From Basidiobolus meristosporus CBS 931.73 (Eukaryota > Fungi > Basidiobolomycota), in the NCBI GenBank assembly GCA_002104905.1, contig MCFE01000032.1, positions 124,001-188,000 on the forward strand: 64,000 nucleotides of DNA, in the 5' to 3' direction. Within the stretch, counting starts at the first letter, position 1. Every line of letters starts with the position of its first letter. Positions 49,701 through 60,012 of this stretch are shown here, piece by piece. The position numbers and the translations under genes are program-made. The notes below the pieces were generated by a model, which was not told the DNA's origin, ran no database searches, and worked only from the letters and a program-made list of their open reading frames with translations.

Positions 49701-51376
49701 GCAGGCTTCACAGTGCTCCAAATTAGCTGGGGGATCAATTTTCACTCCAGAAATTAGCTGATCTTTGATCATCTTGCGCAAATAATCATCATTGATGTGC
49801 CCAAATCTCCTGTGCCAAAGCATTGGTGCTTCTTCATTTAAGTTACTTATATTGGCTTCCAGATATGATGGAATATAAGTCAACTTGTATAGATTCTGAT
49901 CTCTGATGCCCAAAGCAATATGGGCACCATTTCAATCAGTGATCCTGCATCCAGAATTGTCAAAACTGAAACTGAGTCCTTCTGCCGTGGCCTTGCTTAC
50001 AGAGAGTAGGTTCTTGGCTACTTCTGGTAGATGGAGTACTTCTTTAAAGGTCAGTGTATGGCTTCCTTCACTGCTTCTAAGGTTTACTTGGATCCTTCCT
50101 TCTCCCACTGCATGAAGTGTCCTATTGTCACCCATGAAAACCTTCTTAATTGGAATTTCTTGATATTGGGTAAAAAGTTCTTTTTGGTGTGTAAAGTGTT
50201 GAGAAGCTCCAGAGTCAATATGCCACATCTGAGAATCCTTGTTTGTGGTCATATTTAGTGCAGATATGAATAGTCTATTTTCAGTTGTTGCAGCATTTCC
50301 ATATTCAGGCTTCTTTTGCTGATAATATCTCTTTTTGAGGCACTAGTCTGATGTGTGTCCTTTCCTTTTGCAGTAGTTGCAAAATAGGTTGCTGTTGCCT
50401 TTGTAGGGTCTTGGGTACCTCCTTTGTTGGCTATCATTGCTTATTAAAGCATTTTCTTCTTCCTTCTTATTGGCGCTTGATTTTCTTAATTCTTCATCCA
50501 GGAGCCTTCCATATACATAATTTAAGGTCAAATCTTCAGTTCTGGACTCTAGGGCTGATACAAGGACCTGAAACTCATCTGTCAGACTATTCAGGATGGT
50601 AACTATCACATCCTCATTAGTAGTTGGTACTCCCACAGGTTCCATCTCATCTACCTGCAGGGTAATTCTGTTAATTTGATTTTTCATTTCTTCTCCTGGC
50701 AGCATCTTTGTAGTAAAGAATTTTCATCTCAGATACATCTTCTTGGCAGCTGAACATGACTGGTCAGTGTCTTCTAATGCTTTCCAGGCATTCTTTGCCG
50801 TTTTTGCTCTTGAGCATTGAATTAGCAATTTGTCCTTGACATTAAGACAAATGCAATTAAAGGCACTTTGTTCTTTCTTCTGGTACTTCGAGGCTTCCTC
50901 TCCCACGTTTTTAGGAGGGCATTCTTCTCCCATGACAGTATCCCAAAGGCCTCTTTCTTGTAGCAGCATCTTCATCTTCACCTTCCACACTTGGTAGTTA
51001 GATCCATCCAACTTTTCAGCAGAGGGAAAAATTCCAGTAATAGCAGTAGTAGACGTTGCAGAGAGTAACAGCTTGTGGCTCACAACCTGTTGTAAGAGTC
51101 TTGGAGATATTGGAAGTGATTGGGAGGACAAGTAGATTATGTGGTTTTCACTTAATGATTTATTGAATGTAAAAGTAGTATTTATACTTTTACCTGATCT
51201 TGGCATTACAAACACGTAGAATAGGTTAAGGAAGGTCCCAAGAACATGTGTGCAAAGTTTAGGGCTGTTTGGACAACTTTGAGAATTTTCATGTTTTGGG
51301 TACCTGGTATTTTGGCAAAAATATTCTAAGTAAATCCCGACAAGGAATTTGGTCAGCATTCTATAGGATATAAAGG
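46753..51376 (-). mobile_element. Near-complete decayed Ty1/Copia element; 3' LTR 46753-47101, truncated 5' LTR 51088-51376
   Basis: gag-PR-INT-RT-RH order; [13 protein letters not shown] and LYVDDL, RH GYSDADW; PPT AGTGGGAG; PBS GGTTGTGAGCC. Confidence 0.95.
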
Positions 51377-52370
51377 CCTCCAATCCTGTGACACATGTAA
51401 TTGTGCAAAATCTGCTAGACACCAGCCATTTTGACTTCTTCAGCCCTTGCCAATTCCTGACCAGCAATGGAAGTCACTTTCAATGGACTTCATCATCAAC
51501 CTCCCAGAATCCAGCCAATTCAATTCAGTCCTGGTAGTGGCAGATAGACTCACAGAGATGGCTCACATCCTTCCCTGCTCCAAGAATATAGACATCAAGG
51601 AGACTGCCCACCTAGTAATCAAGAGCATTTTCTAGCTCCATGCAATCCCAAGTGACATTGTATCTGATAGAGGACCACAGTTCATACCAACATTCTGAAA
51701 ACATTTCATGCAATATCTTGGTGTGCAAGTCAAGCTCTCAACCACTTTTCATCCCCAGTTGGATGGTCAGACAGAGAGAATTAAGCAGATCCTTGAACAA
51801 TACCTCTGGTGTTATATCACATATCAGCAAGACAACTAGACCCAGCTGCTACCACATGCAGAATTTGCCTACAACAACTCATGTCATAGTGCAACTGGTC
51901 TCACTCCATTCTATGCAAATTATGGTTTTCATCTGCAATTCAATATTCAGATCCCAATAAACCCTATGAGCCTCCCTGCAGCTCAACATACATCAGCAAT
52001 TCTAGAAATCCAAGAAACACTCAAGAGAGAACTATCCTTTGCCCATGAGGGGTACAAGAAGTTTGCAGACAACAAATGGCAGCCTAGCCCCATGCTTAAT
52101 GAAAGTGATTCAGTATGGCTCTTGAGAAGAAACAATGTTACCAGCCACCCTTGTGATAAATTACAGTACAAGAAACTTGGGCCATTCAAGATCAAGAAGA
52201 AACTTAGTCCAATTATATACCCACCACAGTTGCCACCAAGTATGAAGGTTCATGAAACATTCCATGTATCCCTCCTAGAACTATTCCATGAAGCCCTATG
52301 AAAAATTATTTTAATGTTCTATCAAAAGGCTGTCAAAAATTTAAAGTCCTCTGACTAAGAGGTACTAATC
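51377..52370 (+). mobile_element. Decayed Ty3/Gypsy integrase fragment with GPY/F region
   Basis: WKSLSMDFI...VSDRGPQF...HPQLDGQTER...KKLGPFKI...FHVSLL with internal stops. Confidence 0.9.
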
Positions 52371-54643
52371 CTGTCAGGACACTGTCCATAGACTGTTGAA
52401 AAATAATTGCACCCCAGATTTTACAAAAAACTTGGCCAAACTTTTCATCACAACAATATATAAGTGGCTTTTGATTGGTACCCTGCCAATTTGCTCACTT
52501 TCTGATCCAGAACACTCTATCACCTCCTATGTTTGTGTTCATTCATTGGCTATTGCCTTTTTTTCACACTCCTTACTTCCTGACTCAACCATTTATCTTA
52601 CTTTGCATGTGTACAAATTGATTTATTTCTGTTGAAGCTTTTATTGTACCTGAATTACCAATTATATTGACCTACACAAGTCCCTATACCCTACACTAAC
52701 ATTAGGTGGAGCCCCACACTCAACAAGTAACTCCATTAAAATCACCACCTAATAAGTATTTCTGCTGTAATACTCTGGTTTCACAACTTTGGCAAGAACC
52801 CAACAACTTTATGCCACTGTTCATTCATTGGTTCCCACATGTCCTGGTCTTAAGCTGGCACTGCAAGGTCTATCACCTCATCTGCCAGTCCTTGCAATAA
52901 ATCCCTGCAATATACAAGTGCATTTTCTTGAGCACTGCTCTTGAAGAGGTTTTGCAACCTCTTGGTACGCCCATTAATGTTCCAACATTCCAATGAAGGC
53001 ATTGTGATAGTCTTTAGAGTTCTTGATGTTGTAGCCTTGTCTGTCAGTAGGATCTCCACTCTGTCAACAATGGAAGACATAGAGGCTGTGGTAGATAAAT
53101 TGCCTTTTTCTGCAAACTCATCTACCTTGCTGGAGTGTAGCTCCACTGGCTGTGCTTTCAACTCTTGTGAAAACTGCTGCTTTCTTGTAGGTAATTCCTC
53201 TTGGGTATGATGGGATTTAGTCTGTTCTGGGATTGCGGCATAAATTGGCAAGAACTGCAGCTTTTTTGCATGCTTCCCTGTCTCAGGCTTGGGTAGACTT
53301 CCTTCCCTTTACCCATTCCTTTGTCACTGCCAGGTCTTTTGCTGCTACTTTGTCTGAGTGCTTCTTGTAATGAACTACATGTCCTCCTAGATAAATTCTG
53401 CTATGATGCATCTGTTTTAGCCTGCTTGTCCCTTGCTGGCACTCTTCAGGCAACCTGATGTTTCTTCCCCACTTGTTTTGAGCTCTCAACTGTAGCTGAG
53501 ATGGGCTCCTGTAAAAGCCACTGGTTTTTACCACTGCCAGGTCCTACACTGCTACTCTGACTGAGTGCTTCTTGATTGGCACTACACTTTTTCCTTGATA
53601 AATGTAGTGCTGGTGCATCTGTGTCTACCTGTTTGTCACTAATTGGGACTCATCCAGCTACCTGACATCTCTTTGATGCTTGTCTGGAGCTTTCAGCCCT
53701 GCTTGCAACAGGCTCTTGAGGAAGCCACTGGTTTTAAGCCATGGCACCCTTGTTCTTCTGCCTTTGATATTTCTGCTATTCTTAAGACACTTTCTTAGCA
53801 TACCAATGAAGGTCCAAAAAACTGTTTGCCTGTTCAAATCCAGGATAATGCTCATAGAACAAGTCAAGTGCATTCTTCTTGGCTTCAAGTTCCTGATGGT
53901 CACATGGTATCCAACACTTCTCAGGTGTTTTGTATGTGGGGTGTTCATTGGGTGCAATAGCCTCTGGTAAAAGCTTGCTAGAATACTTGGGTTCTGTCTC
54001 TAATCTGATGTGATGGGAATAAAGCCACAAGCTTGTCAAGGGAAAGCTTTTGAGCTACAATCCCCAACTTAGTTGGCATCTCAACAAAAGTATGTGCTGG
54101 GTTCAGCATCCTTTGAGATGATAATGAACTAAAGCTTCCAAGGTCAAAACAACTCTAAACTCCACCAGCAGGGACTTGATAAGAATGCAGCTCTGGTCAA
54201 TAATTACAAAGACAGAAAAGTATCTTTGCCTGTACAAGAACAAACTTGCAAAAGAATCAAATATAACAAAAGATACCTACTCTGAGTATTCCTCACAAGT
54301 AGTGCCTCCAAGGTTGGTTGGCTGTCAGCAAGGTTTTCTGGGAGTGTCTGATGGCCAGGGGTTAGAGGTTCAGGTAGCAGCAGGTAGCAGTGATCACACT
54401 AACTAAAAAGTTGGTATATTGATAAAAGGGATGATGATTTATTGTTGAGGGAGTGCCTCCCTTATATACTTTTCTCACTGGCTAAGTGATTACTAATCAT
54501 GGTGTTCCAGAAGGTTCCATCTTACCACAGAGAGAATGTACAGATGTCAGCATGCAATTGCAGCAAAGTTGGCAAGCTATAAGCCATTGGCTGCAATATA
54601 GAATCAATTGGAAACTGGAGGTACTTAAGATAGAGGGTATCTA

Positions 54644-55690
54644 TTGGAGAAAAAGCTTTCCACTGGGAGCAATGCATTGCTTTTAAACAATATTCTTACA
54701 CTAATGACCAAGTTGTACATGGGGCATTTAAAGTTAAATGAGCCCTTCAAGATACTGGAGAAGCTTAAGAGAATTGGCAAGATATTACAGAGTATCAGTT
54801 ACCCTAAGTACTTCTCACAGGTTCCAATTAATATCCATATCCATATACAACAATACAAATACAAAGACTGGATGAGCTGGATTAATAATTATGCAAGTGG
54901 TGTTCTGAAGCCATTCCTACCAAAAATACATTGGAAGCATTGGGATTCATATCTGGACATTGTAGGGATATTTATCCTGAAGTGGATCACCAATGCCAAC
55001 TTGACACATCTACAGCTGTTGTGTGATGAGTTTGTAATGGGATTTAAGCAGCTATACTACAAACATAAAGCTGAACACATAGATGTCTGCCGCTTGTGTA
55101 TCCATTCTCTACTCCATCTTGCTTGGTATATGGAGAATATTGGGCCTTTCTTCACCTTTTGGAAGTTTCCTATGGTGCAGATGTGTTGGGAGATAGGAAG
55201 ACAAGTCAAGTTGCAGGTACTACCATATCCCAATCTCATCAAGAATATTACCTTCAAGTCTGTCATGGATGTGATTAGTAGGCACATGGAGGACAGCCAG
55301 GCCAAGTTGGAAAATATTGAGGACAGATGTGCACATGGAGACACCCATTCCTATGGCAACAAGAAGCTAAGCAGCCCCAATGCATGGATAATTTGTTAAG
55401 TAATGCAAAGTTGGGTTAGGTGCTGCAAGCAACTAATTTTATTAGGAAAATTCTACCAAGATATGCCAGATTTCTCATGGTCACAAGCCAACGTCTACAC
55501 CATTCAATATAGAATTCACACAAACAAGAGCCAGAGTGCCCCAATGGAAAAAACAGTCAAGTTGCAGATGCTACCATATTTCAATCTCATCAATAATATT
55601 ACCTTTGAGTCTGTTACGGATGTGTTGAATTGGTTCATGTAGGACAGCTAGAAAGTGCTGGAAAATAGAGAGGACAGATGTGCATATGGA
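54644..55690 (+). mobile_element. CACTA/CMC-EnSpm-like transposase relic with a degenerate ~140-bp internal duplication
   Basis: W..HW..Y, EFV..F..LYY, C.HSLLHL...GP...WKFPM..C pattern resembles the EnSpm transposase C-terminal region; 55200-55335 repeats at 55555-55690. Confidence 0.6.
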
Positions 55691-55719
55691 TTTACTGATG
55701 CCTTTGGCATTGAGAAGCT

Positions 55720-57589
55720 AATGGAAGACTGTAAACCAGCAGCTACCCCAATGGAGACAAACCTTAACTTGGTTAAAACTCAATCAAATCAGGAGTGCTT
55801 AGTGCCATATGAAAGCCCTGAATTTCCTTATCAATCTATGGTTAGCAGTCTGCTATATATCATGCTTGGACATGTCCAGATATCTCATATTCAGTGGGAG
55901 TTATCAGCCAGCATAATCTGAGCTATGGATCTGATCATGTTGCAGCAGTTAAGTGAACTTTTAAATACCTAAAAGAAACTGCTGATATCTGCTTAAGATA
56001 CACTTATAAGGATTTAGAACAGGATCTTGTGGGATACTCTGATACCAGTTGGGGACAAAACTTTGAACACAGAAGATCACCACAGGAAACACATTTCTTA
56101 ACTGTAAAGGAGCAGTTTCAAGGAATTCAAGAAAGCAACAAACCATAGTACTTTCTACAATAGAGGCAGAATATATGGCAGCCTATGAAGTTACAAAAGA
56201 ACCACTGTGGCTAAGGAAGCTTTCTAAAGATTCTGGCTTATGTTAAGTACACCTACTGCTCTATTTCAAGATATCCAAGAATGCATACAATTAGGTAGAA
56301 ATCAAACTTTCATGTTAGAACTAAGCACATAGATATTAGACATCATTTCATACATGAAGCCATAAAGATCTACTTAGCTAACTTAGCCTACAGTCCTACA
56401 GATGAAATGATTGCAGACATACTTACCAACCATTAGATAGAGACAAGTGTGAATAGACTTGTTCTGTTGGATAGTGCCACATTGAGCCATGAGTGCCAAA
56501 TGATGCCATAGCGTGCCAGGGAGGCCAAGTGAGCCTAAGCTTGGCCACAGAGTGTGAAACATAGCTCTTCATCTTCATGCAGATCAGCCCCTGTGTTTCA
56601 CCCATTGTGTTGGAGAAAATCCGTTTTTTGACCTTTTTTTTGGATCAATGTAGTGCATGATGTGTAAGAGCACAGAAGAATTGAAGACATGCACCTGGTA
56701 CTCAATACCCATGGCACTCTGAATCTAGCTCCTGTAGCTTGTATCATGTCACAAAAATGAATGGCACTCTCTTGGTCCACTGGTACTATCTAGCACTATA
56801 AGTGCTTTATATAGGTCTTACTTTAGGGCTAATATTTAAATATAGTGCCAGATAGTACCAGTGGACCAAGAGAGTGCCATTCATTTATGTGACATGATAC
56901 AAGCTACAGGAGCTAGATTCAGAGTGCCATGTGTATTGAGTACCAGATGCATGTCTTCAGTCCTTCTGTCCTCTCACACATCTTGCACAACACTGATCCA
57001 AATAAAAAGGTCAAAAAATGGATTTTCTCCAATACAAAGGGTGAAACACAGGGGCTGCTTTGCATGAAGATGCAGAGCTATGTTTCATACTCTGGGGCAA
57101 AGTTTAGGTCTGCTATGCCTCTCTGGCATGCAATGGCACTATTTGGCACTCATGGCTCAATGTGGCACTATCCAACGGAACAAGTCTAATATCTTAGATC
57201 AAAATTGGGACCAGTCAGTATGAGCATTTAGTTAAGTGGGATGTTGTAAAATTTGTAATTCCACCTTGATATTCACCTGACTTGATCACTTAGATTATTA
57301 CCATCAAATCTCAGAGAACATGACCAAAATCCTTGTAAGGAGTTACTTGGAATATTTTCACCAAAATATCAGATACCCAGAACATGAAAATTCTCAAAGT
57401 TGCTCAAGCAGCCCCAATCTTTGCACACATGTTCTTGGGAACCTTCCTAAGCCTACTGCACATGTTTGTTATTCCAATACTATGTAAAAGTGCACATGTT
57501 ACGCTTACATTCAATGAATTATTAGGTGAAAACTACATAATCTACTTGTTCTGCTAATCCCTTCCAGTATCTCCAAGACTCCTACAACA
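55720..57589 (+). mobile_element. 5'-truncated older Copia copy (RT end, RNase H, 3' LTR 57242-57589) interrupted by a foldback element
   Basis: Homologous to 62445-63584; PPT AAGTGGGA then a TG...CA LTR. Confidence 0.88.
56455..57187. mobile_element. Non-autonomous foldback/MITE-like element, copy 1: ~342-bp inverted arms, 48-bp spacer, 3-bp TSD AAT
   Basis: Ends AGACTTG...CAAGTCT; AAT duplicated relative to the uninterrupted Copia sequence (TG-AAT-ATCTTAG). Confidence 0.92.
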
Positions 57590-58363
57590 TGTATAGCAGA
57601 AATTAGTGATCACTGATTTGCAGTGGCTTGACTTGGATTGCAAAAAAACTGCATTAGTTGGATCATGACAAATGGTAACCACCTGATGCAAACACATCAT
57701 CTTTTTCTAGGTTTTTTTTCTCACAGGGATTTCTACTGAAGAATTTGGTAGTGATTCACTATGTGCACCTGAACCACCTCCTTGTTGATAATCATACTGG
57801 CTACTTGTGTACTTGTAGTCAGTATATTACCTCCTAGTTGATGAGTGCAATGCTGGAGCTTGGCCATGCTGAATTGCTCCAGACAGTATGACAGAACCAG
57901 CTTCAAGTGCCATGCACTGTCACATTAATTTACTTGCCAAAGGCTCTGGAGGTGGAGGCACTTCATATGGGTCATTGCCAATCAGTTCACCAGAAGTAAC
58001 TTGCTGATGTTCAGGTGTGCTGGCATGCACAGGCATGATGTGATGTGTTGGAATAGCCCTTGGCTGAGTTTAATGTGGTGTCACATTTTGGCATTACTTG
58101 GCCTGCTCCAATGTGTTGTAAAAATTTGTATTTCCACCTTAATATTCACCTAACTTAGTCACTTAGATCATTACCTTTATATCCTATAGAATGCTGACCA
58201 AATTCCTTGTCGGGATTTACTTAGAATATTTTTGCCAAAATACCAGGTACCCAAAACATGAAAATTCTCAAAGTTGTCCAAACAGCCCCAAACTTTGCAC
58301 ACATGTTCTTGGGACCTTCCTTAACCAATTCTATGTGTTTGTAATGCCAAGATCAGGTAAAAG

Positions 58364-58391
58364 TATAAATACTACTTTTACATTCAATAAA
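58364..58391 (+). promoter_or_regulatory. Copia LTR TATA box (TATAAATA) and polyadenylation signal (AATAAA)
   Basis: Both motifs at matching positions in the younger LTR copies. Confidence 0.6.
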
Positions 58392-59280
58392 TCATTAAGT
58401 GAAAACCACATAATCTACTTGTCCTGCCAATCACTTCCAATATCTCCAAGACTCTTACAACAGGTTATGTGCCCCAAGCTGTCACTCTCTGTAATGTCTA
58501 CTACAGCTATTACTGGAATCTTTCCCTCTGCAGAGAAGTTGGATGGATCTAACTACCAAGTGTGGAAGGTAAAGATGAAGATGCTGCTACAAGAAAGAGG
58601 CCTTTGGGATACTGTCATGGGAGAAGAATGCCCCCCTAAAAACGTGGGAGAGGAAGCCTTGAAGTACCAGAAGAAAGAACAAAGTGCCTTTAACTGCATT
58701 TGCCTTAATGTTAAGGACAAATTGCTAATTCAATGCTCAAGAGCAAAAACAGCAAAGAATGCCTGGAAAGCATTAGAAGACACCTACCAGTCATGTTCAG
58801 CTGCTAAGAAAATGTATCTGAGATGAAAATTCTTTACTATAAAGATGCTGCCAGGAGAAGAAATGAAAAATCTAATTAACAGAATTACCCTGCTGGTCAA
58901 TGAGATGGAATCTGTGGGCGTACCAACTACTGATGAGGATGTGATAGTTACCATCCTGAATAGCCTGACAGACAGGTTTCAGGGTCTTGTATCAGCCCTA
59001 GAGTCCAGAACTGAAGATTTGACCTTAAGGTACATATATGGAAGGCTCCTGGATGAAGAATTAAGAAAATAAAGCGCAAATAAGAAGGAAGAAGAAAATG
59101 CTTTAATAAGCAATGATAACCAACAAAGGAGGTACCCAAAACCCTACAAAGGCAACAGCAACCTGTATTGTAACTACTACAAAAGGAAAGGACACACATC
59201 CAACCAGTGTCTCAAAAAGAAAGATAATCAGCAAAAAATGCCTGAATATGGAAATGCTGCAACAAATGAAGATAGATTAT

Positions 59281-60012
59281 AGACTTGTTCCGTTGGATAG
59301 TGCCACATTGAGCCATGAGTGCCAAATAATGCCATAGTGTGCCAAGAAGGCTAAGGGAGCCTATACTTGGCCACAGGGTGTGAAACATAGCTCTGCATCT
59401 TCATGCAAAGTGGCCCCTGCATTTTGCCCATTGTGTCGGAGAAAATCCACTTTCTGACCTTTTTCTTGGATCAATGTTGTGCAGGATGTGAAAGAGCACA
59501 GAAAGACTGAAGACATGCATCTGGTACTCAATACCCATGGCACTCTGAATCTAGCTCCTGTGGATTGTATCATGTCACAAAAATGCATGGCACTATCTTG
59601 GTCCACCGGTACTATCTGGCACTATATTTAAATATTAGCCCTAAAGTAAAACCTATATAAAGCACTTATCGTGCCAGATAGTACCGGTGGACCAAGATAG
59701 TGCCATGCATTTTTGTGACATGATACAATCCACAGGAGCTAGATTCAGAGTGCCATGGTTATTGAGTGCCAGATGCATGTCTCAGTTCTTCTGTGCCCTT
59801 TCACATCCTGCACAACAATGATCCAGAAAAAAAGGTCAAAAAATGGATTTTCTCCAGCACAATGGGTGAATCTCAGGGGCTGCTTTGCATGAAAATGAAG
59901 ATTAATGTTTCACACTCTGCGGCCAAGTTTAGGTCTGCTATGCCTTTCTGGCACTCAATGGCACTATTTGGCACTTGTGGCTCAATGTGGCACCATCCAA
60001 TGGAACAAGTCT
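59281..60012. mobile_element. Non-autonomous foldback/MITE-like element, copy 2: arms 59281-59622 and 59671-60012, 3-bp TSD TAT
   Basis: Same ends as copy 1; TAT duplicated relative to the uninterrupted Copia sequence (GATAGAC-TAT-TCATATC). Confidence 0.92.

Noticed and set aside
52372-52710. Possible Gypsy 3' LTR starting TGTCAGG
   Set aside because: No second copy, TSD or clear PPT in the window to confirm it.
58191-58462. ~90 stop-free LTR codons in frame with gag (also 50724-51467 and 63316-63618)
   Set aside because: The ATG lies upstream of the LTR TATA box (58364), so probably outside the transcript; it is not conserved as ATG in all copies and is frameshifted in the older LTR at 57242. 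Copies are too similar for the open frame to imply selection.
56423-59606. Repeated ORFs such as MDQESAIH... and MLRLVAFLNS...
   Set aside because: Chance frames inside foldback arms or antisense to Copia RNase H; they recur only because the DNA is repeated.
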